Assembly: GCA_043797665.1 (NCBI GenBank)
Contig: JAZDPL010000048.1
Location: forward strand, 1 to 31,398
Direction: 5' to 3'
Source: Candidatus Omnitrophota bacterium
Lineage (GTDB): Bacteria; Ratteibacteria; UBA8468; MWAK01
Length of the DNA stretch: 31,398 bases
In this document: piece by piece, positions 1-9,234 of the stretch
Layout: every line of letters begins with the position of its first letter
Numbering within the stretch: position 1 is the first letter of the stretch
Notes under the pieces: generated by a model
Told to the model about the DNA's origin: nothing
The model's database searches: none
Seen by the model: only the letters and a program-made list of their open reading frames with translations
Made by a program: the position numbers and the translations under genes

Positions 1-1457
1 ATCGGTTTATAGTCCTCGCCTTCGCGTTGGTAGATTTCCCTAACCGCTTTTTCCAGTTCTCTCTTTTTCTCTTCTGACAAAGGGTCTGGATGATGACTCT
101 TCAGTATCCGGCGTGCCTTTTCTACGGCACAGGTTCTTAAGTCTTTACCGCCGGAAGATTCCCAGGAATTACGGGAATTACGGCTAAGGATATCAACAAA
201 GTGCAACTCCTCCCGGAAATATTTGAGGGTATGCCGGTGACCAAGGTAATTCCCGCCCGGGCCGGTTTCGCGAATTACATCCAGGGCTAATTTATCGTCG
301 GTTACTTCAATACCCTGGAGTATTCTCTGAATATAGCCGGCGATTTCGTTGTCAATCACCACCTGTTCGTAGTTAGCAGTCTTGGCAAAGTCAATCAGTC
401 CGCCGAACAGGGCAATTTCATCGGCACCCGCCAGGGCGGGAAGAAGGGAGGTCATCATCTTCTCAATGCCGGTCTGCTGGTCGGGAATTTTTGAGTCGGT
501 GGGACCGCAGACAATATTGCTGGGAATTTCGTAATACTTTGCAATCTGAGCGGCAGCCGCACCGATTAAAGCGCCTTCCGGGCAACCAAAAACATGGGTA
601 CCAACCTTCATATCCATCATTCCCGGCCAGACCCAGTAAATACCCGGAGCACCCAGGCTAACCAATTGATGAAGAACCAGAACGCTGAGTATCTCTGCGT
701 TCATCTGGATTAGAGTACCGGCCAGCGTTACCGGGTTCATAGAGCCAGGGAATGGCATCGGACCATATTCTACGGGAATTTTGGATTTACCGGCCTCAAT
801 AAAGACCCAGACATTCTCACCCCAGGTAAGAGCACTATGGGGACAGGCGGTCATGGTGTAGGTCTTCTTTTTAGCAGATTCGTCTTTGCCACCAAGAACG
901 GCCTCAACCAGATGAATGATATCTTTTGTGGTTTTTTCATCAAGTCCGTCGCCGGCCGGTGTTACCTTTCCGTTATTCTTTACCAAGGCTTCAAAATAAC
1001 GCGCATGAAAAACATTTTTTGGGACATCCTGTGCCCAGATCATACCGTTTCCGATCGGAAGATTTTCCATGGCGTCAGAAAGCCGTGCGAAGTCTACAAT
1101 GTCTTTCTCTAACGCCTTCCGATAGTTTCCATCTAGGTCTAGGACAAACGGCGTAGTAGAACCGGTGCCAAGATAAGCCTTTCCTTCACCCAACCTGACC
1201 GGTTTGTGTTTAGGGTCCAGGGGATAGCGGGTAAATCCCGGAGGAACCGAGCGGATACATTTCTCTACCAACTCCGGCGGGAAATAGACGGTACCGTTCT
1301 TGTCAGATTTAAGACCACAGTCAGAGAATATTTCCTGCGCCTTTTTACAAAGAAACCTTACGCCGGTATTCTCCAGAATCTCCAGGGTTCCCAGATGTAT
1401 TCGCCGAATCTCTTCCTCGCTTAATACTCTTAACGCCGGGGACAGGTCTAATTTCAT
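1..1457 (-). CDS. Trimethylamine methyltransferase (MttB superfamily) protein, non-pyrrolysine, 3'-partial (>=485 aa)
   Basis: Translated by hand; it is absent from the ORF track because no stop lies in the window. ATG at 1457 follows AAAAGGAG and the frame is open to the window edge. Sequence includes MKLDLSPALRVLSEEEIRRIHLGTLEILENTGV, GSMNPVTLAGTLIQMNAEILS, DSKIPDQQTGIEKMMTSLLPALAGAD and LALDVIRETGPGGNYLGHRHTLKYFR, all typical MttB-family motifs. Confidence 0.92.
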   Translation of the reverse strand, partial: MKLDLSPALRVLSEEEIRRIHLGTLEILENTGVRFLCKKAQEIFSDCGLKSDKNGTVYFPPELVEKCIRSVPPGFTRYPLDPKHKPVRLGEGKAYLGTGSTTPFVLDLDGNYRKALEKDIVDFARLSDAMENLPIGNGMIWAQDVPKNVFHARYFEALVKNNGKVTPAGDGLDEKTTKDIIHLVEAVLGGKDESAKKKTYTMTACPHSALTWGENVWVFIEAGKSKIPVEYGPMPFPGSMNPVTLAGTLIQMNAEILSVLVLHQLVSLGAPGIYWVWPGMMDMKVGTHVFGCPEGALIGAAAAQIAKYYEIPSNIVCGPTDSKIPDQQTGIEKMMTSLLPALAGADEIALFGGLIDFAKTANYEQVVIDNEIAGYIQRILQGIEVTDDKLALDVIRETGPGGNYLGHRHTLKYFREELHFVDILSRNSRNSWESSGGKDLRTCAVEKARRILKSHHPDPLSEEKKRELEKAVREIYQREGEDYKP

Positions 1458-1484
1458 AGCCACTCCTTTTCAATATAGGGGCTG

Positions 1485-2702
1485 TCAGCCCCTTAGATTC
1501 TTAACCGCCTTTTTTATAGATGATATCAGGTAATCAGACTGGATATCGGTCAGCGCCGGTGTAAAAGGCAGGTTGATTAGTCTGCTATAGAACCTTTCGG
1601 CTATCGGACAGAGTCCCTTTTTATAGCCCATCTCTTTATAGATGGTAAAGTAATAGACCGGTGGATAGAGGGGAACTGTCCTGATGCTGTATTTATTATG
1701 AAGAGTTTCAATCAGACTGTCTCTGTTTCCTGTGAAGAGCACCGGATAGAGATGGTAGACATGTTGACTGCCGGGGGATTCGGAAGGAAGTTGCAATTCC
1801 TCAATGTCTCTTAGCCCTTCGGTCAACTTTTTTGCCACTACTCTTCGGCGTTCATTAAGAGAATCCAACTTTCTCAACTGAACCCTTCCCACGGCCGCCT
1901 GAATTTCGTTCATACAGAAATTGTAAGGTATCCGACCCCTTACCTTTGCGATGTCATAGAGATAGGGTATCCAGAACCTCTTCTGTTTTTCGTACTTTAC
2001 CATACCCACATGGCGCAGGGCAGGAATATCTTCGGCTGCCCGGTCATCATTGGTCGTAATCATGCCGCCTTCTCCCAGGGTAGTGATATTCTTCGCGGTG
2101 TGAAAACTGAAACAACCAAATCTACCAAACCCCCCCACTTTCTTTCCTTGATACTCTGCTCCCGGGGTATGGGCACAGTCTTCAACTACCGCAAGGTTGT
2201 ACTTCTTTGCCAGTTTCAAAATCGGCTCCATATCCGCGGGAAGTCCGTAAATATGGACTACATAAATCGCCCTGGTTTTAGGTGTAATCTTTCCTTCAAT
2301 TGTTTCTGAGGTGAGGTTATAAGTAGCGGGGTCAATATCCGCAAATACTACCTTTCCACCGAGTCTCAAAATGCCTAAGGTGGTAGAGAAAAAGGTAATC
2401 GCAGGAACAATAACCTCGTCTCCCTCTTTTATGCCGATAAGATAAGCCGCCATCTCAAGAGCGCTCGCCGCATTGGTTACCGCAAAGGCATACTTGGTGC
2501 CGATATACTCCGCAAATTCTTCCTGAAATCTTTTGGTATAGGAACTGAGAGTATAGATAGGTGCCTGCATCGCTTCTACCACTGCCTGTACCTCTTCCAG
2601 ACCATACATCGCACAGACCTCCGGATAATCCACCTTCAGTCCGGCCTCCGGAACACCTGTTCCGCTCCAATCTTCCATCTTTTTTCTTTTACTTTTTTCC
2701 AT
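1485..2702 (-). CDS. DegT/DnrJ/EryC1/StrS-family PLP-dependent sugar aminotransferase
   Basis: Motifs VVHIYG, VVEDCAH and FSFHTAKNITTLGEGGMITTND (PLP Lys). Start moved to ATG 2702, which has CAGGAGGAG upstream and overlaps the GH2 stop. Confidence 0.92.
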   Translation of the reverse strand: MEKSKRKKMEDWSGTGVPEAGLKVDYPEVCAMYGLEEVQAVVEAMQAPIYTLSSYTKRFQEEFAEYIGTKYAFAVTNAASALEMAAYLIGIKEGDEVIVPAITFFSTTLGILRLGGKVVFADIDPATYNLTSETIEGKITPKTRAIYVVHIYGLPADMEPILKLAKKYNLAVVEDCAHTPGAEYQGKKVGGFGRFGCFSFHTAKNITTLGEGGMITTNDDRAAEDIPALRHVGMVKYEKQKRFWIPYLYDIAKVRGRIPYNFCMNEIQAAVGRVQLRKLDSLNERRRVVAKKLTEGLRDIEELQLPSESPGSQHVYHLYPVLFTGNRDSLIETLHNKYSIRTVPLYPPVYYFTIYKEMGYKKGLCPIAERFYSRLINLPFTPALTDIQSDYLISSIKKAVKNLRG

Positions 2703-5262
2703 TTTCTCCTCCTGATAGAACGAAATCACCGCCTTTTACTCCTTTAATCTTTTTCATATTACGGGGAACAAGTAAAGTATCAGTAGTGGTTATAAGATAC
2801 CCTTCCGGGTCAGTAAAGGTAAGACGGATAAGACCCGGCTCACCCTTCTTAAGGGCTTCTTGCATCTTTTTGCTTAAGGCTATCTTTATTATCCTGGCTT
2901 TGAGGGGTGGAATATCAAACTTTGCCTCTTTCCATTCCGAGGTCGTTCCCAGATTAGCGGCGCCGCAGGATTCCTGAACGAAAGTTTTTCCTTCGGAAAG
3001 ATTGGTAAAACTGAAAAGGTTCCTGACCTTGACGGGTGCATTCTTTACCTCTGAGATAGTGTGGAGTCGTTGCTCCACCTGTATGGGAGCAAAAATACTC
3101 CTTACAATCCAGTAAAAAGGAAGTGGGACAAGATAGGGAGTAACAATTCCCCAGGGAAGCCCTTCGTCGTAACTGGTCCACTGATAAGGCTTACCAACCG
3201 CCGGGTCCTTAAAGTGAAAGAATGCTCCACCCAGGCTTGCCGGGTCCTGCTCCATATAGGACCACTCCCGCTGGAGCCTTTTCTTAAATACTGACCAGGT
3301 ATCATGTTTCTGAAATCGTTCCTCCGGCCTCTCTTCCTCAATCAAGGAGAGATAAGGCGCTTCCAGGAGTTCCGGAACCGTACCGAAACAGAAGTATTCC
3401 GAAGAGAACCATATTCCTTTCCAACCCCTTTGCTTTAGGTCTTCCGGAGTACAGGACTTTTTCTTTTCCCAGGTGGTATAAATTGTTATCTTACCTTTTT
3501 TCTTCCACTCTTTTATAGGCAAAAAGGTATAGTGAATATCCGCAACATCTCCTATGCCTGCCTGCAGATAGGCCGGGAATGTGGTTAACGGTCCGGGCGG
3601 AGGAAACATAGTAAACCGGTCCGGGGCAAGCATCTTTGCCCATTGGTGGAAAATCCGACTGTGCCTCCAGAAGGATACCTCTTCTCCCTGATTCCACAAA
3701 GGGGTATCGGCTTTCCTGGGTCTGGGGAGGTTCTCATTTCCAATTGACCAGACAAGGACTGAGGGGTCATTGATGTCCCTCTGAATTGCCGCCTGGATGC
3801 GGTGCAAGAATATCGGCAGATTATCAACCTCAGATATTAAATCCGGAGACCAGTCAATCGGAATCTCCTGCACGAGATAGAGGCCCATTCTATCGCAAAG
3901 TTCTACAAAACGGTGGGTAGGGTTGAGGTGGGTCCGGACGCCATTGATGTTGGCACGCTTAATCATAAATATTTCCTGTTTCAGCCATTCTTCGTCTTGA
4001 GATAGACCCTTTTCCGGATGGAACTCCAAGCGATTAATGCCCCGAATTTTAATGGCCTGGCCGTTGAGCAGGGGTCGTCCATTCTCTACCTCAAACCGGC
4101 GAAAACCCACGCTTTCCGAAACACTCTCCTCTTTTTTCCCTTCGGCAAAAAGACGCAGAAAGATTTGGTAAAGGCAGGGCTTCTCGGCAGACCAGGGAAT
4201 AACTCCGGGGACTTCAAAGGAGAATTCCTGATTAGACACACCGCTTTTTTCAATCGTTACTTCGGGTAATTCCCGCAAAAAAATGGAGTTTGGACCATCA
4301 CAAATCTCAACCTTTATTTTGCCGCACACCCTTTTTTCTCTTTTGTTTATCAGCCTGACCGCTCCGCTCAAAATTCCCTGCTTGTTTTTCTTATCCCAGG
4401 CGGAGGTAAGCCGGCAGTTGAGAATCCGGAATAAAGGTACTTGATGGATGTAGATAGGCCGGTGGATTCCACAGAAATCCATTACCCAGCGTGGCATATC
4501 AAGCCTGACAAAAGGATGTTTCCGGTAGATTCTGATAGCAATCAGGCTTTCCCCCTGACTGCAGAAAGGGGTGACATCAAACTCCCGGCTGGTCAATCCG
4601 CTCCATACCTCACCAGACTTCTTCCCGTTAATCCAGATTTTGCCACCCGGGTAGATACCGTCAACCCTTAAAATGGCGTCCTTTCCTTTGGAAGGAGAGA
4701 AAGTAAACCAACGCCGCAAGAAAAATCCGTCTTCCGGGTCAATATGGCTCAGCGTAATTTCGTCCCGCATCTTGTTAGGACTGTCAAATGGAGAACGTAA
4801 GTAAACCGGTCCTGGTACTTCTACCTCTTTCCATTGTCTGTCAGGGAACTCTTTCCGGAGGCATTCTTCTTCCGAAAAGGGCCATTTCTGGTACCGCCAC
4901 TTACCGTAAAGAGAGACAGAATTCTTGGGTTCTGATAGATTTTCATCTATATCTACCGGAGTAAGAATTGCCGGCAGATAGGGATGAAGTGGGCAATTTT
5001 TGATAGCCTTACCTCTGACATCCGCTTTGAACCTCAGGTAGAAGGAAGAGATAGAACCCTCAAGGAATTCTAAAAGGTTAAACTCAAACTCCGCCCAACC
5101 GTCCTTACCGGTAAAATCCTCTTTGCGAATAAGGTTTCCTTGTTCCGAAACTATCTCCAGGACTATCTTTTGCCCGCTCTCTTTGAGTATTTCTTCTCCC
5201 TGAAAGACCCCGGCTCTTACTTCTCCTCTTTCCGCCACCAGATACTTCAAATTCAGATTCAT
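2689..5262 (-). CDS. Glycoside hydrolase family 2 (beta-galactosidase/glucuronidase-like), no signal peptide
   Basis: Sugar-binding, Ig-like and TIM-barrel layout. Motifs PWSAEKPCLY, VGFRRFEVENG..LLNGQAIKIRGINR, WSIGNE (acid/base) and SSEY (likely nucleophile). RBS AAGGAG. Confidence 0.9.
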   Translation of the reverse strand: MNLNLKYLVAERGEVRAGVFQGEEILKESGQKIVLEIVSEQGNLIRKEDFTGKDGWAEFEFNLLEFLEGSISSFYLRFKADVRGKAIKNCPLHPYLPAILTPVDIDENLSEPKNSVSLYGKWRYQKWPFSEEECLRKEFPDRQWKEVEVPGPVYLRSPFDSPNKMRDEITLSHIDPEDGFFLRRWFTFSPSKGKDAILRVDGIYPGGKIWINGKKSGEVWSGLTSREFDVTPFCSQGESLIAIRIYRKHPFVRLDMPRWVMDFCGIHRPIYIHQVPLFRILNCRLTSAWDKKNKQGILSGAVRLINKREKRVCGKIKVEICDGPNSIFLRELPEVTIEKSGVSNQEFSFEVPGVIPWSAEKPCLYQIFLRLFAEGKKEESVSESVGFRRFEVENGRPLLNGQAIKIRGINRLEFHPEKGLSQDEEWLKQEIFMIKRANINGVRTHLNPTHRFVELCDRMGLYLVQEIPIDWSPDLISEVDNLPIFLHRIQAAIQRDINDPSVLVWSIGNENLPRPRKADTPLWNQGEEVSFWRHSRIFHQWAKMLAPDRFTMFPPPGPLTTFPAYLQAGIGDVADIHYTFLPIKEWKKKGKITIYTTWEKKKSCTPEDLKQRGWKGIWFSSEYFCFGTVPELLEAPYLSLIEEERPEERFQKHDTWSVFKKRLQREWSYMEQDPASLGGAFFHFKDPAVGKPYQWTSYDEGLPWGIVTPYLVPLPFYWIVRSIFAPIQVEQRLHTISEVKNAPVKVRNLFSFTNLSEGKTFVQESCGAANLGTTSEWKEAKFDIPPLKARIIKIALSKKMQEALKKGEPGLIRLTFTDPEGYLITTTDTLLVPRNMKKIKGVKGGDFVLSGGENGKK

Positions 5263-5278
5263 ACTTGCTCTCCTTAAA

Positions 5279-6460
5279 TCACTCAGACTTGAGATTTCCC
5301 TGTAGTCCGTCCTCTACCAGTTTTAAATAAACGTCACTGGGGGGCGGACATCCCGGGCAGAAAGGAATCTTCCCCTGGTATCTTTTCAGGCAATTCCCGA
5401 GGGCAATCTCATCGCCGGTAAGTCTTGCCTTTGCCCTGGCTCCAATCAATATCTTTATGCTCCGGACAGATTTTCCCACTACTTCTTTCCGGAGGTACCC
5501 GTGGAGGTAAGAAGCCAGTCCGGCCACACAGTTACTGCAGGGATTGCCCGCTACCACCTTTATCTCTTTATAAGGAGAGATGCCTTCAATAGTAAGAGGC
5601 GGTTTTTCAAAACTCTCCGGTGTCACCTCTTCCAGCCTTTCGCCTGACACCTCAATATCCCCGGGGTCAATCTTTCCCAGTCCCTGTTCTCCGGCTAATT
5701 TAATATGCTTCACCTCTTCTGGATTAAGCCTCATTATCCGGCAACAGGTGCTGTCTACCGCTACCGGATCTTTTCCGGCTATCAGTATGCCCAGGTCTTT
5801 CGGTCTTCCCGGTTTAAAAGGACCAATTCCCTCTAAACCAATAAGCCCTTCCACAATGGCTAAATCAGGTTTAAAAACTTTATTCAGGTCAACCAGACAC
5901 TGATTCACATCCAGGAGATGGAAAGCCAGCCTATCCTGGTCGCGGGCAACGATTCCTTTCATATTCTTTAGCGATAGACTGGCGACCGTTTCGCAATGGG
6001 TCTTTAACTTAGCCACACTGATGATGAAATCACATCCTAAAATTTCTTCAGCAACTACCACTTTTTTCAATTTCTTTCCCGGAATTTTAACCTCAGTCGT
6101 TCGGCCACTCTTAAAATCGTAGAGCGGCAGACGTAACTCTTCAAATACTCTTTTTGCGCCACACTTCTCAAAGGCATCCTGGCTTGATACTCCCCAGCCC
6201 ACTCCTTCTCCTACGATAAAATTGAAGCCCGGATTCTGAATTAGTTTGATTAAATGAGTTAATAAGTCCAGATTAACGGTTATCCCGGTGTCCCACCTTT
6301 CACCACACATCAGATTTGGTTTGATGAGAATCCTCCTGGTGGCCGGAGGGATAATCTTTTTTAAGCCACCCAACATTTCCAGGAGGGCATCCAGACCGTT
6401 TGCAACCGTTTCTTTTTTGTAGTTTTCTACCCTGACTATCGCTACCCTTGATTTTTCCAT
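5279..6460 (-). CDS. DUF362 domain protein with Cys-rich C-terminal Fe-S-like domain
   Basis: DUF362-type motifs ILIKPNL, KLKTH..T..SLSLKNMKG, LEGIGP..G and DPVAVDS. C-terminus carries CSNC...GNC...CPGCPP. TGATG overlap with the upstream gene at 6460. Confidence 0.85.
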   Translation of the reverse strand: MEKSRVAIVRVENYKKETVANGLDALLEMLGGLKKIIPPATRRILIKPNLMCGERWDTGITVNLDLLTHLIKLIQNPGFNFIVGEGVGWGVSSQDAFEKCGAKRVFEELRLPLYDFKSGRTTEVKIPGKKLKKVVVAEEILGCDFIISVAKLKTHCETVASLSLKNMKGIVARDQDRLAFHLLDVNQCLVDLNKVFKPDLAIVEGLIGLEGIGPFKPGRPKDLGILIAGKDPVAVDSTCCRIMRLNPEEVKHIKLAGEQGLGKIDPGDIEVSGERLEEVTPESFEKPPLTIEGISPYKEIKVVAGNPCSNCVAGLASYLHGYLRKEVVGKSVRSIKILIGARAKARLTGDEIALGNCLKRYQGKIPFCPGCPPPSDVYLKLVEDGLQGNLKSE

Positions 6461-7785
6461 CAGACCTTAACTACCTTGACCTTTAACATTTCACACACAT
6501 TCTCTATTTCTTCAACCACATTCAGGTGAATAAGAGAAAAGTGGTGTTCAAACCCCTGGTAAATGATGGCATCCACTAAACTTGTTATCCGGGGGAATTT
6601 GACCCTGGTTGATGTTCCGGTAAAGATTGCTTTGCCGGGAATTGCTTCTCCGGAGGCAAGAAGCATCTTGTATTCCGTATCCTCGGATAATCTGGCAAGG
6701 GTAACCTCTCCTTCTTTACATCCAAAATTACACCCCAGGCCAAAAGAACAGGGGATATGAAGAATGCTAACTTCCTCCGGGTTACGGGCAAGAGAGATGG
6801 CCGCATTTCCACAGTGCCAGAATGTCCCGATATCCTCGTTCTTATCTACCGAAACCAGGTCGGCCAAAAAAGGGGGTCTGCCGGTAAGAAAATACTGGAT
6901 AAGCATGGTGAGGGTACCGTAGATATCGCCCTCACACCCGATCGGCAGTCCTTCATCGGTAAGTTTTGAAATTACCACACAAGGATTCATCCCGAAAATC
7001 TTACCCGCCTCAGGCCAGCACTTTATCGCCAGACCATCCAGATGATACCTTTCCGCCAGAAGGTTCAAGGCGCAGTACATCTTTCCATAGGTGGAGAGGT
7101 CTTTCTCCTTCATCGCATTCCTGGAAATAACTCCTTTCAGTTCCTTTACCCTCTTCTCTATTTCTCTGCCGGAGACCTCTTCCATCCTTTCCCTTACCTC
7201 TGCTAAATCAATGTGACGGATTTCCGTGCCTATTTCTCTTTTCAATTTCAGTTCGTCAAAAGCGAGGTTATAAAAACCCGGCACATGGTAGCCAACCAGA
7301 CCGATTTTTGTACTTCTGAGTTTTTTGACCACCCCCACTGACTTCAGAAACCTACCAAGAACCGATAAAATCTTGTCATCTTTATAGGAACCGTAGAAAA
7401 ACTTGTAATCTTTCTTTAGTTTATAAAGGAGAGAGGTCACCATATTTGCCCCGCAGAAGGAATTCAGGAGCAAATTCCCATCTCCTTTGGGTTCTGGCAA
7501 TGCCCAGACAATAAAAGGGAGATTAAAATTCTCAACCAGATTAACAACCCTTTCTCCGTTAGGAAAGGTACCGGTCTGAATAAGAATACAGTCAACCTCT
7601 TCCTTTTTAAACCTTTTAATGGCTGAATCCAAATCTCTCTGGTTTAGAATTATCCCTTCCGGACTAATCAGCCTGCCTTCAAGTTTAGCAAGTTTTTCTT
7701 TACTTTTAGTAAAGATTTCCTTCGCTAAATTAAAGTTGAAATCCTCACCTGCAAGGGTCACCAGACCAAATTTTATCGGTTCCAT
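6460..7785 (-). CDS. L-fucose/L-arabinose isomerase-family protein (FucI/AraA-like)
   Basis: Motifs LAIKCWPE, GCEGDIYG, FWHCG and GFEHHFSL. TAATG overlap at 7785. Confidence 0.88.
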   Translation of the reverse strand: MEPIKFGLVTLAGEDFNFNLAKEIFTKSKEKLAKLEGRLISPEGIILNQRDLDSAIKRFKKEEVDCILIQTGTFPNGERVVNLVENFNLPFIVWALPEPKGDGNLLLNSFCGANMVTSLLYKLKKDYKFFYGSYKDDKILSVLGRFLKSVGVVKKLRSTKIGLVGYHVPGFYNLAFDELKLKREIGTEIRHIDLAEVRERMEEVSGREIEKRVKELKGVISRNAMKEKDLSTYGKMYCALNLLAERYHLDGLAIKCWPEAGKIFGMNPCVVISKLTDEGLPIGCEGDIYGTLTMLIQYFLTGRPPFLADLVSVDKNEDIGTFWHCGNAAISLARNPEEVSILHIPCSFGLGCNFGCKEGEVTLARLSEDTEYKMLLASGEAIPGKAIFTGTSTRVKFPRITSLVDAIIYQGFEHHFSLIHLNVVEEIENVCEMLKVKVVKV

Positions 7786-9233
7786 TAATTTTCCAGTTCT
7801 TCCTTCGCCTTTTGGTAAATTCTCTCCAATTCCCGGTTCTTCTCAGGCTTAAGAATGAAATTATGGTTCTTAATCTTTTCCTTGATCAACTCTTTAACGC
7901 GTTTCTTTTGATTTTCACCCCGGCCGGAATACTGCTGGAACATTGCCCGGCTAAAAACCTTTGGCATCCAGTAAGCCTTCCGGAAATTTTTGAGCGTCTC
8001 TTCTGAAGAAAGGTACGAACCATCGCCTAAAACTGCTTCCTTGCAAGACCTGATATCTCCTTCTCCATACTCAAAACCTTCTACCAGCCTCATAACATTT
8101 TCCAGGATTTCACAGTCATAGATTGCCTGTTCCGGCGAAAAAATCTCATCAAGGGAAACCTGACCGATATCAGCCAGAATCATTGCCCCGGAAAGGACTC
8201 CGCAGAGGGCCGAGGAGAATTTCTCTGTGCCTGACTGAACGCCTGTTTCTTTCGCCATGGTATTCATCTGGCAGATATGCGCATTGCCATAAAACCTGTT
8301 TATCTCAGCGATAAACATTTCTGATAAGCAATCTTCCGGAGTGCCATAAGCCAAACTTGCCTCCTTCATATCAAAGGCATGGAGTCTTACTTTAAAACCA
8401 ACCAGACTCCCATTACTCAACAGTTTTAGAATCGTATAACCACCCAACACTTCAGCCAGGGACTGAACAACTGCTTCGGGAAAGGTAATCGGTGCGGTGG
8501 CGCCCAGCATCGGCCAGGTAGATACCGCAATCGGCACTTTCCGGTCAATAAAATGCATAATCTTGTCAAAATCATTGCCCTCCATCCTTAAAGGACTAAT
8601 TACATACATATTGGTGATAAAAGGCTTGCCCATCACTTGAGCCATCTCATAAATATACTCTGAGGCTCTGATGTCTCCGGAAGGAGCAATTAACCCTCCA
8701 TGCCTTGAGTACTGACAACTTATCTTATATCTGGCAATTGGTTGTAAGAATGGCGGCAGGTCCTGAGGGTCACCAGGAGCCGCTGCCTTAATTGATGTTT
8801 CCAGAGAAAGGGTATCCATAAATCTGGTCATCTCAATGACGTCGTTGGTATTAAGGGACCGGACCTTTTCTGTTGCCGGGTCAAGGAGCCAACTGGCATG
8901 GTTACACATCAAGAACGTTGGCCGGTAAGGATACGGAAGACCTTTTTCCGGAAGCCTCATTATATGGTCGGTATCCACATTCTCTATCCTTGACCAGAAG
9001 CCTATGCATTTTTTATCCTTTTTGTACTCTTCAACCTTCTCTTTTACAAAATCTGCTTTAAGATAAACTCTGTTATTTTTAATTTTTATTTCGTCAAAAG
9101 AAGAAATCCGTTCCAGCGCCTCTTTGTTTGATACTTTCATTCCATAAGTCTCAAGAACCTCCAGCGCCAATCTCTCTATTCTGCTGATTTCTCCTTGTTC
9201 AAGCAACGCCTGCATCCTCAACGTTTTCTTCAT
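7785..9233 (-). CDS. Divergent MttB-superfamily methyltransferase, non-pyrrolysine
   Basis: Motifs ALEVLETYGM, ISPLR, PMLGATAPITFPEAVVQSLAEVLGG, FDMK...YGTPE, QSGTEK, FSPEQAIYDCEI and YLSSEETLKNFR. Confidence 0.85.
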   Translation of the reverse strand: MKKTLRMQALLEQGEISRIERLALEVLETYGMKVSNKEALERISSFDEIKIKNNRVYLKADFVKEKVEEYKKDKKCIGFWSRIENVDTDHIMRLPEKGLPYPYRPTFLMCNHASWLLDPATEKVRSLNTNDVIEMTRFMDTLSLETSIKAAAPGDPQDLPPFLQPIARYKISCQYSRHGGLIAPSGDIRASEYIYEMAQVMGKPFITNMYVISPLRMEGNDFDKIMHFIDRKVPIAVSTWPMLGATAPITFPEAVVQSLAEVLGGYTILKLLSNGSLVGFKVRLHAFDMKEASLAYGTPEDCLSEMFIAEINRFYGNAHICQMNTMAKETGVQSGTEKFSSALCGVLSGAMILADIGQVSLDEIFSPEQAIYDCEILENVMRLVEGFEYGEGDIRSCKEAVLGDGSYLSSEETLKNFRKAYWMPKVFSRAMFQQYSGRGENQKKRVKELIKEKIKNHNFILKPEKNRELERIYQKAKEELEN

Positions 9234-9234
9234 C

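Noticed and set aside
165..182. 9-bp tandem repeat GGAATTACG x2
   Set aside because: It is in frame within the MttB gene (RNS-RNS), has only two copies and suggests no separate function.
837..1533. Four short plus-strand ORFs in the track
   Set aside because: They lie antisense to the minus-strand MttB gene (1457 to <1) and have no recognisable motifs.
1485..2702. DegT aminotransferase as a marker of an O-antigen or antibiotic biosynthesis cluster
   Set aside because: No glycosyltransferase, nucleotidyltransferase, NDP-sugar dehydratase or flippase is present, and the context is catabolic.
1..9233. Possible pyrrolysine (amber) read-through in the MttB genes
   Set aside because: Neither gene has an in-frame TAG; Lys codons occupy the equivalent site.
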